From Pseudomonadaceae bacterium (GTDB taxonomy: Bacteria > Pseudomonadota > Gammaproteobacteria > Pseudomonadales > Pseudomonadaceae), in NCBI GenBank assembly GCA_900766265.1, contig CAAFUS010000013.1, forward strand, positions 255,940 through 319,939: a DNA stretch of 64,000 nucleotides. The letters are read 5' to 3'. A program made the position numbers and the translations under genes. The notes below the pieces were generated by a model. It was not told where the DNA came from. It saw only the letters and a program-made list of their open reading frames with translations, and searched no databases. Shown one piece after another: positions 27,538 to 35,991 of the stretch (positions within the stretch are counted from its first letter, which is position 1; the number at the start of each line of letters is the position of its first letter).

Positions 27538-30500
27538 AGGGTCGCCGGCAGCTTGAAGTCCCGTAGCAGAGCGATGTCGAACGGGTTCGGCGAGCGCTGG
27601 CTGTGCAGCAGGTAGTTGGCGTGGCGGCCGCCCAGGTTGGCCTTGAGCATCAGCACGTCACGTCCGCTGTGGTAGTCGACCTGCATCAGGTCCAGCAGGC
27701 GGAACAGCGACCAGGGGCCGGTGTTCTTCTCGATGCCGACGCGGCGACCACCCAGCTCTTCCACCACCAGGCTGGTACGGCCTTCGTCGGCATCGGCAGG
27801 CCAGCTGAAGGCGGTCTGCACGATCGGGCCGTGGCGGTATTCCATCTGCTGGTTGCCGAAACGGAAGTCGGCACGACCCAGGCTCGAGTCCAGCGAGTAG
27901 GGCTCGAGCTTGAAGCGGATCTGCGGCTCGTTCGGGTTCTCGGCGAAGAAGCTGCGGCGGATCGTCTGTGCATGGCCCATCTGCGCCAGGAACTCACGCG
28001 ACAGCGGCAGGCCGCGGCCGTCTACCCGACGTAGCTGATACTGGCCAGCGCTGCCGCTGACGAAGGGCTTGAGGTAACGATCGAAGAAGCCGTCGGCAAC
28101 GCCTTGCGCCTTGAAGAACTCCCGGAAGTCGGCAATGGCGACGTCGCTTTCGCTGTGAGCGCTGAACGGATAGCGCTGGCGCAGCGAACCCTTGTAGAAG
28201 GCGTACAGCTCGCTCTGGTAGCGCTGGTTGAGGTAGTGGTAGGCGTCGTTCAGGACCAGTGTCCAGCTGTCTTCGGCGAGCAGGCCGAGCCAGTTGCCGA
28301 TCGGTTGCGGCAGGCGGGCAGCACTCGCGCGTAGCTGGTTGATGGCGTCGCGCTGGCCGCCCATGCGTGCCTTGGCCAGCTCGAACGCAGCCTGATCCGG
28401 CGCGCTGGCGTGGGCCAGGCTTGCCAGTTGCAGGTGCAAGGCGTCGATGGCCTGCAGGGTCGGGACCAGCTCGGCGCTGGCGCCCGAGTTGTCGTCGAGC
28501 AGGCGGTGCAGAGGTTCGAAACGGCGTTCCAGCGTCTTGCGTGCGGTGTCCGGCAGATTCTTGGTCAGTGCCGCCTGGGCCTGCTCGGCTGCCGCGGAAG
28601 CCAGCTTGGCGGCCTTGCCCAGCTTGCCGTTGGCGTCCTTGAGCGCGTCGGCCGCTTCCGCTGCGTTACCGGCGGCGTCCGCTGCGCCGGCAAAGCGGGT
28701 GTTGTCGCGCACTTCGGCCAGCAACTGCAGCAGCGGCGAGTTGGCAGCGCTCAACCCGCTGAGCAGCACCGCGCCCTGGGCGGCGCCGGCGATAGGCTCC
28801 AGCGTCAGTTGCGCGACGGCCTCGCCCCAGTAGTTGGCATAGTCGCGGAAGTACAGCTGTTCCATCTCCACCATCAGGCGGCCAAGGTCTTTCAGGCTCA
28901 GGCTGTCACCCTCGCCGAGCACCCAGTTGTCGCGCAAGATGTCGCGAACCAGGTCACTGCCCTGGGCGATGTAGAACTTCTGGTAGCCGTTCTGGGTGTA
29001 GAAGCCGGGAATGGCATAGTCGCTGCCGTTGAACAGCGCGCCCTGCGGACCGAGGCGCTGGCTGAAACGGTAGTCGGGCAGGCTGCGGGCCTGATCGCGC
29101 AGCATGCGGTACACCACGTTGGCCAGCGATTCGCTGCGAAGCACCTTGCGCGCTTCTGTCACCAATTGCTCGTTGAGGCGATAGGGCGCGAAGTCTTCGC
29201 TGAGCAGCCGGTCGAAGTGGGTATTCAGGCCGTTCTGCGCCACAGCGTTGCCGGCATAGCGCAGCGACCAGTCGGCCGCCAGCCACTCTTTGAGGAAGGC
29301 CGTATCGCGGCGCTCGGTCAGGTTGAGCATGAGATAGGCGCGCAGGCTGCCGAGCAGGCGCTCGCGGTCGGTCAGGTTGGCGCGGATCTGAGCTTCGAGC
29401 TGGCGGCCGACCCGAGGCAGCAGGAGCTTTTCCAGCTCGCGGCGGTAGGCCTGATGAACCGTCGGATCGATTGCCTCGCCCTGGTAGAGCCCAGCGCGCT
29501 GCAGATAGGAGACTTCAGCCTTGGGCGGAAATACCCGGGTGGCCGCGTAGCTGGTGTCCAGCGCCTTGAGGGTGCGCAGCGCATCGTCCTGAGCGGTGAT
29601 GCCCTGGTTCTCGCGACCGAGCTGGTCGGCAAGGTTGCGCAGCTGTTCGAGTCGCTGGTGGTTGCCGGAAAAGCCGGTCGCCCAGAGCACGCCGAACAAG
29701 GCCAGGCAGGCGAAGCTGGTGGCATACAGGGCGCGCTGGCCCCAGTCGATCCGGCGCACCTCCTTCTGGTCCAGCCCGGCGAGGTCGGCCTCGGGGAAGA
29801 TGACCCGGCTCAGCAGGTGGTTGATGAAACGCGACCGGCCACTGCGGAAGGTCGGCAGCGCGCTGCTCGACAGGCCCAGGTTGCGCCCGATGCCGCTGGT
29901 CAGCGGGTCCAGCGCGTCCTGCAGTTGCGGCGCGCTGGTCAGGTAGAAGCCGCGTAGCTGGCTGGCGCGCTGGTAGCGATTGCCGGAGAACGCCAGCTCG
30001 ATGAACAGGCACAGGCGCTCGCCGATCTGGCCGAGCTGGTGGGGGAAGTCGAGGATGCGGCCACGGCGCTGGGTGTCGCGCTCCTGGTGCATGCGCAGGA
30101 TCACCTGGCTGTTGAGCCGGCGCAGCAGCTCCTCGAATTCGCCGCGGACCACGTTGGCGTCGGTGCCGTCCTGCTCCTTGCGGAAGCTCGCACCGAGCAC
30201 CTGGTCGCTCTCTTCGCGGGACAGCTGATCGAAGAATTCTTCGAAGCCGAGCACCTTGTCGGCTTTGCTCAGCACCAGATAGACCGGCACGTCGGCACCC
30301 AGGCGCTGGTGGATCTCATGCAGCCGCTGGCGACTCTGACGCGCCAGCGTCTCGAGCTCCAGTTCGCTCGATTGCAGCAGGTGCTCGACCGGGATGTTGA
30401 CCAGCACGCCATTGAGCGGGCGCGCGCGGCGGCGACGCAGCAGGCCCAGCAGCGTGTCCCAGGCCCTGCCGTCAACGGAGGCGTCGGGCTGGGTCAGGTA

Positions 30501-31073
30501 GCGACCGGCGGTATCGATCAGCACTGCATGGTCGGCGAAGTACCAGTCGGCATAGCGGGTACCGGCCACATCCCTGGTCAGGCGCTGGTTTTCGCCACGG
30601 TTGAGGGGGAAATCCAGTCCGGAGAAGTCCAGCAGCGAGGTCTTGCCGCTGCCCTGGGGGCCGAGCAGCAGGTACCAGGGCAGTTCGTTGCGCCATTTCT
30701 CGCTGCGCCCGCGGTACAGGCTCGAACGCTTGAGGGTGCGCATGGCGTCCCGGTAACGGTCGCGCAGGACGCTCTGCTCCTCGGTGATCAGACCCTCACG
30801 GCGCAGGCGCTCCTGTGCTTCTTCGTCGCTGGCCTCGGCCTGCTGCCTGCGGGTGCTGCGCCAGCTGGCGAAGACGATGAACAGACCCCAGGCCAGGCAC
30901 AGGCCGGCGATGGTCAGCAGGCGGCTGGTCGAGGATTCCCAGAACTTATAGTCGTTCACCGCCAGCAACGGACCGACGAACCACACCAGCAGGGCCAGCA
31001 CCAGCAGGACACACAGGCTCCATACCCAGGTCTTGCGGAAAAACGCGGCAAGCTTGCCGAAAAAAACCTTCAT
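27534..31073 (-). CDS. tssM: T6SS membrane-complex protein TssM (IcmF)
   Basis: 1179 aa, N-terminal TM segments, Walker A LLGPQGSGKTSLL, IcmF-like remainder. Confidence 0.95.
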   Translation of the reverse strand: MKVFFGKLAAFFRKTWVWSLCVLLVLALLVWFVGPLLAVNDYKFWESSTSRLLTIAGLCLAWGLFIVFASWRSTRRQQAEASDEEAQERLRREGLITEEQSVLRDRYRDAMRTLKRSSLYRGRSEKWRNELPWYLLLGPQGSGKTSLLDFSGLDFPLNRGENQRLTRDVAGTRYADWYFADHAVLIDTAGRYLTQPDASVDGRAWDTLLGLLRRRRARPLNGVLVNIPVEHLLQSSELELETLARQSRQRLHEIHQRLGADVPVYLVLSKADKVLGFEEFFDQLSREESDQVLGASFRKEQDGTDANVVRGEFEELLRRLNSQVILRMHQERDTQRRGRILDFPHQLGQIGERLCLFIELAFSGNRYQRASQLRGFYLTSAPQLQDALDPLTSGIGRNLGLSSSALPTFRSGRSRFINHLLSRVIFPEADLAGLDQKEVRRIDWGQRALYATSFACLALFGVLWATGFSGNHQRLEQLRNLADQLGRENQGITAQDDALRTLKALDTSYAATRVFPPKAEVSYLQRAGLYQGEAIDPTVHQAYRRELEKLLLPRVGRQLEAQIRANLTDRERLLGSLRAYLMLNLTERRDTAFLKEWLAADWSLRYAGNAVAQNGLNTHFDRLLSEDFAPYRLNEQLVTEARKVLRSESLANVVYRMLRDQARSLPDYRFSQRLGPQGALFNGSDYAIPGFYTQNGYQKFYIAQGSDLVRDILRDNWVLGEGDSLSLKDLGRLMVEMEQLYFRDYANYWGEAVAQLTLEPIAGAAQGAVLLSGLSAANSPLLQLLAEVRDNTRFAGAADAAGNAAEAADALKDANGKLGKAAKLASAAAEQAQAALTKNLPDTARKTLERRFEPLHRLLDDNSGASAELVPTLQAIDALHLQLASLAHASAPDQAAFELAKARMGGQRDAINQLRASAARLPQPIGNWLGLLAEDSWTLVLNDAYHYLNQRYQSELYAFYKGSLRQRYPFSAHSESDVAIADFREFFKAQGVADGFFDRYLKPFVSGSAGQYQLRRVDGRGLPLSREFLAQMGHAQTIRRSFFAENPNEPQIRFKLEPYSLDSSLGRADFRFGNQQMEYRHGPIVQTAFSWPADADEGRTSLVVEELGGRRVGIEKNTGPWSLFRLLDLMQVDYHSGRDVLMLKANLGGRHANYLLHSQRSPNPFDIALLRDFKLPATL

Positions 31074-31088
31074 GGCATCACGTCCTTG

Positions 31089-31961
31089 TTACGGCTTGGG
31101 CTCGACCTGAACGGTCGGATCGACGGGTTGGTACGGCTGCAACACGGTGTCGCGCTGCTCGCCCAGTACCCAGGCGAAGCCTGCGTACAGCATGCCGAGG
31201 CAGATCAGGGTGAACAGCGCGACCATCCACCAGGGCACGATGCGCACCAGGCGTCTGCGGGTGTCGCGCAGGCCCTTCCAGTGCGGCGAGACCTCGCGCG
31301 GCACGTCGCCGCGCAGCTGGCGGATCTGCCGGTAGAGGCTGTCGCGTACCGCTTCGAGCTCGAGCATGCCGCGCGGCATCACCCGGTACTTGCCCTCGAA
31401 ACCCAGCGACAGGCACAGGTACATCAACTCCAGCATCGGCAGGTGCTTGACCGGGTTGCGCGAGAGGCGCTCGAGCAGCTGGAAGAACTTCTCGCCGCCG
31501 AAGGTCTCGTTGTGGAAGGAAGACAGCAGACTCATCTGCGACCATTCGCTCTCGTTACCCCAGGGCGTGGTCACCACCGCTTCGTCGATCACGGTGCACA
31601 GCACGTAGCGCGCGGCCATCACCTGGCTGCTTTCGGCGCCGTCGTGCAGGGCGCGGTGTTCGAAAAGCTTCAGTTCGCCCGACAGGCGCTGGTTCAGCGC
31701 GTGCAGGTCCTCGCCTTCGAAGCTGTGCTTGAGCCGTACCACTTCCGACAGCAGAGTCGAAGCCGCCGCGACCAGCGGGTTGAGGCTGATGTTGAAGGTT
31801 TCCGCCGGACGCAGGCGCGCGGCGTAAATCATGCGCTCCTCGAGCTGCTCGAACCGGGGTGCTGCGTTGAAGTCCGTCAACGGGCTCTGTGCCGGGGCGT
31901 CGCCGTGGCGATTGAGGATGACCGTCTTGTCGTCCTGTCCGTAGTCCATTTCTCTGATCAT
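31089..31961 (-). CDS. tssL: T6SS membrane-complex protein TssL (DotU family, no OmpA/PG-binding extension)
   Basis: DotU-like core (PMLELMYLCLSLGFEGKYR) and a single C-terminal TM (WWMVALFTLICLGMLYAGFAWVL); 290 aa. Confidence 0.9.
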   Translation of the reverse strand: MIREMDYGQDDKTVILNRHGDAPAQSPLTDFNAAPRFEQLEERMIYAARLRPAETFNISLNPLVAAASTLLSEVVRLKHSFEGEDLHALNQRLSGELKLFEHRALHDGAESSQVMAARYVLCTVIDEAVVTTPWGNESEWSQMSLLSSFHNETFGGEKFFQLLERLSRNPVKHLPMLELMYLCLSLGFEGKYRVMPRGMLELEAVRDSLYRQIRQLRGDVPREVSPHWKGLRDTRRRLVRIVPWWMVALFTLICLGMLYAGFAWVLGEQRDTVLQPYQPVDPTVQVEPKP

Positions 31962-31966
31962 GTCGG

Positions 31967-33298
31967 TCAGTTCCTGATCGCCCAGAATTTCAGCTCAAGC
32001 CCGGTGAATTCGCCGGACACGTGGAAGGCGAAGCCGCCGGAGCGCTCAAGTTGCGCCAGTTCCTCGGAGTTGAGCTCCAAGGCGAAATAGGTCTTGCCGG
32101 AGTGGAACGGGATTTGCCGCGGGGCGACCGGCAGCGGTTTGACCTTGATCCCCGGCAGGTGCAGGTTGACCAGCTGACGGATGCGTTCCACCGGGCCGAC
32201 CTTCAGATGGGCCGGCAGGCGCTGGCGCAGTTCTTCGGAGTCGCACTGGGCGCTCGCGGCCAGCACGAACGAAGCGCTGCCGAGCAGCTTGTGGTCGTGC
32301 AGCGGCGAGACCTGAATGCCGTACTGGCGTTGTTGCAGCAGCAGCTCGATGGCGTGTTGCTCGAGCACCATCGAAAGCACCTGGCGGATCGCATCCATCA
32401 GCTTGCGGAACGACAACCCCTGGTCGTTGTGCAGGTAGTGGCCTTCCAGACGCGGACGTTTGGTCTCGCTGGAGAAGGTCGCCAGTTCGCCGAGCAGGCC
32501 CAGCAGCTCGCGATAGATCTGCTCCGGATGGACGCGGTCGATGCCCAGGTAATGGCGCAGCACCGGCTCGTAGCGGTTGATCAGCTGCAGCATCATGAAG
32601 TCGCCGACTTCGGCGCCGCCCACCTTGCCGGTGGCGCGGATCCGTTCGGCGAGGATGTCACCGCGATGGCCGAGCATGCTGATCACTTCCTTCAGGCAGG
32701 ACAGCAGATAGCTGGAGGCCTGGAAGTCGATGAAAGTGGGGATGTATTCGGGGTCCAGGCTGATCACGCCATCGGGCGTGGTATCGAGGATGTCGCAGAG
32801 CTTGAGCTTCACATAGGCCTGGTCCGCCTGCTGCTCGCCGAGCAACAGGCGAAAGTCCGGCCGGCCGGTGCTGACCTGGCTGCTGCTGCTGTCACCGGCG
32901 TTGGAGTCGGCGACTTCCTCGTCGAAGGCGGTGTAGCGCGCCAGGACGTCCTTCTGCTCCGGGCGACGGCTCTCGATGTGGTTGCCGGTCACCAGTGGCA
33001 ACGCCAGGTAGACCGGGGTGTTGCCGGTGTTGGGCGGTACGTCCAGGGCCAGCGGTTCACGCTCGGCGCCGATCTCGAACAGGCTGCCGTCGGGAAGAAT
33101 CCCGCTGGCCTGGCTCAGCACCAGCTTGCCCATGTTGAGGAACTGGCGGTCGATCTCCAGCCCGAAGAAGCCCCAGGCGTAATGGCCGAGCTTCTGGGTA
33201 CGCAGCTTGAGCTGCGCGTCGTAATAACGGTCGCTCTGCTGGAAATGCTGCGGACGGAGCAACATGCCTTCCTGCCAGATCACCTTGTTCATGCTCAT
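31967..33298 (-). CDS. tssK: T6SS baseplate protein TssK
   Basis: N-terminus KVIWQEGMLLRPQHFQQSDRY is the classic TssK signature; 443 aa. Confidence 0.95.
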   Translation of the reverse strand: MSMNKVIWQEGMLLRPQHFQQSDRYYDAQLKLRTQKLGHYAWGFFGLEIDRQFLNMGKLVLSQASGILPDGSLFEIGAEREPLALDVPPNTGNTPVYLALPLVTGNHIESRRPEQKDVLARYTAFDEEVADSNAGDSSSSQVSTGRPDFRLLLGEQQADQAYVKLKLCDILDTTPDGVISLDPEYIPTFIDFQASSYLLSCLKEVISMLGHRGDILAERIRATGKVGGAEVGDFMMLQLINRYEPVLRHYLGIDRVHPEQIYRELLGLLGELATFSSETKRPRLEGHYLHNDQGLSFRKLMDAIRQVLSMVLEQHAIELLLQQRQYGIQVSPLHDHKLLGSASFVLAASAQCDSEELRQRLPAHLKVGPVERIRQLVNLHLPGIKVKPLPVAPRQIPFHSGKTYFALELNSEELAQLERSGGFAFHVSGEFTGLELKFWAIRN

Positions 33299-33301
33299 GG
33301 C

Positions 33302-33790
33302 TCAATTCCCCTTCACGAGCGGGTCGACGGCCTGGATGCCGCGCTCGTCGAGACTCAGCTCGATACGGTTCTGCGCCCTGTGCTGCAGGGGGACGACGAA
33401 ACGCCAGTTGGACTCCGGCAGGTCCCGGTAGGCGGCCAGCACGCCCACGTAGCGGCTGCCGTCCTGGACGAAGAGCTTGAGGTCGCGCTGCTCGCCGGGG
33501 CGCAGTTCCAGTTCCTCCTGGACCACCATGTCCGGCGACAGCGCTTCCTTGGGGCGCTGATAGAGCGAGAAGAAGTCGGCGTTCTCGAAGGCTACCGGGT
33601 GCTTGAGCTCGATCAGGCGGATCACGATGGGGGAGGGGCGACCGTTGAGGTCTGGGTTGAGCCGGTCGCTGCCCTGCAGCGACAGGTCGAGCTTGGTCAG
33701 CTCGGAATTGGGCGAGAGCGCCGAACAGCCGCCGAGCATGGCCAGCGCGGCGAAGACGGCCGCGGGGAAGAAGCGAGACATGGACATCAT
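33302..33790 (-). CDS. tssJ: T6SS outer-membrane lipoprotein TssJ
   Basis: Lipobox MLGGC and the motif RLNPDLNGRPSPIVIRLIELK; 162 aa. Confidence 0.92.
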   Translation of the reverse strand: MMSMSRFFPAAVFAALAMLGGCSALSPNSELTKLDLSLQGSDRLNPDLNGRPSPIVIRLIELKHPVAFENADFFSLYQRPKEALSPDMVVQEELELRPGEQRDLKLFVQDGSRYVGVLAAYRDLPESNWRFVVPLQHRAQNRIELSLDERGIQAVDPLVKGN

Positions 33791-34980
33791 CCTTGAAGGT
33801 CGGTGTTGAGGGTGGCGATGAGGCGTACCTGCTCCTCGTAAGCCTGGGCGAAGTCGCGGGCGAACAGCCGCTCGCTCCAGTCGTCGTCGCGCTGCATGGC
33901 CAGATGCATTCGGCGATAGGCGCGCCAGCGGCTGCCGGATGTGGCAATCAGCGGTTTGTTGTCGCGTTCGAAACGCAGGGCCAACTGGTCCGGCGAAAGC
34001 TGCTCGAGCATTCCCTTGAGTGCCGCGCGGCTGGCGGCCAGCATCGCCACCTGGTGCGCCTGCAGATCGCGAAAGGCGCGCCCGACGGCCTGTTCGGCGG
34101 GCAACTGACGGGGCGTGCCGCCGCGCAGCAGGAGCGCCAACGCTTCGCCACTGTCGATGCTGTGCTTGAGCGGGTTGTTGCCGGCGCTCTGGACGGTGGT
34201 CAGCGACAGGCGCATTTCGTTCTTCAGCTCGCCCCGGGTGCGCAGCGCCTGCTGCAGCCCGCCAACGCTCTGCCTGAGCAGGCTGGCGGCCTTCAGCGCC
34301 AGCGCCTGGCGGGCCTCTTCATCCAGCTCGTCCAGGTCGACGCCCAGCGCCTCGCCGAAGCGCGTCCAGAAATCAGGCGGCAGGCGCTCGGGCTCGGGCA
34401 CGGCCTTGGGTTGGGCGGCCGGCCTGGGCATGACCAGCTCGGGTACCTGCAGGTTCTCCTCATCGATCTGGGCATAGTCGCGCTGCTGGGCCTGCACCCG
34501 CGACGGCGCCAGCACGGCGGTCAGGTCGTCCACTTCGGCATAGACGCGCTCCTGCTGGTCCAGCGCGGTCAGTGGATCGAGGTCGAGAAACGCATCGTCG
34601 GGGATGATGCTGCCGGCCGGCTGCGGACGCCCGATATCTCCTTCGAACGACGCCGGGTCCTGGATCAGCCGTGCGCGAATTTCGAAATCACCCAGGCAGT
34701 AGACGCTGCCGTGCTCGATGCGCTGAGCCCGGCCCTTGTCCAGGCTGGCGCCGGTGTCCTTGAGCTGGATGCCATTGCTGCTGGTGTCGGTGAGGAAGAA
34801 TGCGCCGTCCCGGTAACTCACTTCGGCGTGGCGGCTGGACAACACGCGCTTGCGGTCCGGGATGACCCAGTCGCAATCTTCGGCCCGGCCAATGATGCCG
34901 CCGGCCTGCTTGAAGGTTTTCGTCGTCAACAACCCAGGCACGAACTGCTGTGCGCTGACCACATCGAAGACCAACTCCAT
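33787..34980 (-). CDS. fha: FHA-domain T6SS scaffold protein (Fha/TagH)
   Basis: N-terminal FHA domain (GGIIGRAEDCDWVIPDRKRVLSSRHAEVSYRDGAFFLTDTSSNG). It precedes tssJ with a 4-nt overlap and has AGGAG upstream of its ATG. Confidence 0.9.
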   Translation of the reverse strand: MELVFDVVSAQQFVPGLLTTKTFKQAGGIIGRAEDCDWVIPDRKRVLSSRHAEVSYRDGAFFLTDTSSNGIQLKDTGASLDKGRAQRIEHGSVYCLGDFEIRARLIQDPASFEGDIGRPQPAGSIIPDDAFLDLDPLTALDQQERVYAEVDDLTAVLAPSRVQAQQRDYAQIDEENLQVPELVMPRPAAQPKAVPEPERLPPDFWTRFGEALGVDLDELDEEARQALALKAASLLRQSVGGLQQALRTRGELKNEMRLSLTTVQSAGNNPLKHSIDSGEALALLLRGGTPRQLPAEQAVGRAFRDLQAHQVAMLAASRAALKGMLEQLSPDQLALRFERDNKPLIATSGSRWRAYRRMHLAMQRDDDWSERLFARDFAQAYEEQVRLIATLNTDLQG

Positions 34981-35000
34981 GGTGATACTACTCCTGGCGG

Positions 35001-35135
35001 TCAGTTACCGCGGTTTACTGCTTGCGGGTCGCCCAGCGGGCGGTAGTCGGCATCGTTGAACTTGTAGTTGCCGGAACAGCCGGCAAGGACGAAGGCGGTG
35101 ACGATCAGGGCGAATGCGAAAAAGCGCTTGAGCAC
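35001..35135 (-). CDS. 44-aa predicted lipoprotein, first gene of the fha-tssJKLM operon (not in the ORF track)
   Basis: My translation is V-LKRFFAFALIVTAFVLAGCSGNYKFNDADYRPLGDPQAVNRGN*. GTG start at 35135, with AAGGAGGA 7 nt upstream (plus strand 35143-35150 TCCTCCTT). Lipobox LAGC; TGA at 35001-35003; 20 nt upstream of fha. Confidence 0.65.
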   Translation of the reverse strand: MLKRFFAFALIVTAFVLAGCSGNYKFNDADYRPLGDPQAVNRGN

Positions 35136-35545
35136 GCGATTTCCTCCTTGAATGCGTGAGCGGGAACGGCCGCGGCCGTGGTGAAGCGGAACTTCTACGT
35201 CTATTGAAGGTCACCGCGCCCGCAAGCGGGGTGATGGGGTTCACGAACTGGGCCGTCGCCAGTCAGAGAGTGAGGCACCGCACGCTTTGGCGTGCGGGTT
35301 GACACGGTGCAGCACCAAGGCGGTTGTGTCTGTGACCCAGGCCAACCTGGCGCGGTCTTGGGCGGCTCAGAGCCGATACTCACTGCGTCATTGAGGTCCT
35401 GCTCGGGGCGTCCGGAAATGTGCATTAGCAGCCAGCACACCGTATCTAATTGATGCTTCATAAACCTAGGAACATACTGATCCAGTAGCCGGTCAGGCTG
35501 ATGCGAGCAAAAGGACCGTTTTGAGCTTGCTGAGCGAATAGCAAC

Positions 35546-35640
35546 TCAATCGAGTATATGTACACCAAGTTGACGGCCAAGAGGCCCAATAACTATTGAT
35601 TCCAAAAAAGGCTGATGCATGTAAAAAGCCAGGATGTTGC
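35546..35640 (-). pseudogene. Degenerate duplicate of the 3' end of the adjacent immunity gene
   Basis: The minus strand reads ...SWLFTCISLFWNQ*, and after a frameshift ...IVIGPLGRQLGVHILD*. This parallels the intact gene end AAWLYFTCISLIIHWVSMFIGFLGHHFGINIFA*. It starts immediately after the intact gene's stop. Confidence 0.55.
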
Positions 35641-35645
35641 TTCGT

Positions 35646-35990
35646 TCAAGCGAATATATTTATACCGAAATGATGGCCAAGAAAGCCAATAAACATGCTT
35701 ACCCAGTGAATGATAAGACTGATGCATGTGAAGTAAAGCCAGGCAGCCAGGGTGCGACCGACATTGGGCCTTTTTAAGCCAAAAGCGTATTGAAAACTAT
35801 AGCGGTGCATTCGGGAAAATCTGTCAAAAGGACTATGAGACTCCCATTCATAATTGGGAAGTCGAGAGAAATGTGGATCGAGCCGGCGTATTCCGTGGAA
35901 GCAGATGTAAATACCGTTGACGCCTCCGCTTACAAATAACAGAAACCATGCATAATAGAGGGCTTGCTTAAGCGTCAGGACGTCGCTCAT
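35646..35990 (-). CDS. Small inner-membrane candidate immunity protein for the LysM/glycine-zipper effector
   Basis: The ATG at 35990 lies 1 nt after the effector stop (TGAtATG). It is 114 aa with two strongly hydrophobic segments (ALYYAWFLLFVSGGVNGIYICF; LAAWLYFTCISLIIHWVSMFIGFLG) and is AT-rich. Confidence 0.6.
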   Translation of the reverse strand: MSDVLTLKQALYYAWFLLFVSGGVNGIYICFHGIRRLDPHFSRLPNYEWESHSPFDRFSRMHRYSFQYAFGLKRPNVGRTLAAWLYFTCISLIIHWVSMFIGFLGHHFGINIFA

Positions 35991-35991
35991 A

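Noticed and set aside
28410-33796. Long plus-strand ORFs (515, 683 and 591 aa) opposite tssM, tssL, tssK and tssJ
   Set aside because: These are shadow ORFs of clearly identified T6SS genes. They have no recognisable motifs and a biased Ala/Gly/Arg/Gln composition.
35201-35461. 86-aa minus-strand ORF in the fha-operon upstream region
   Set aside because: It has no ribosome-binding site and a Pro/Arg/Thr-rich composition with no recognisable fold signature. It is probably non-coding promoter or leader DNA.
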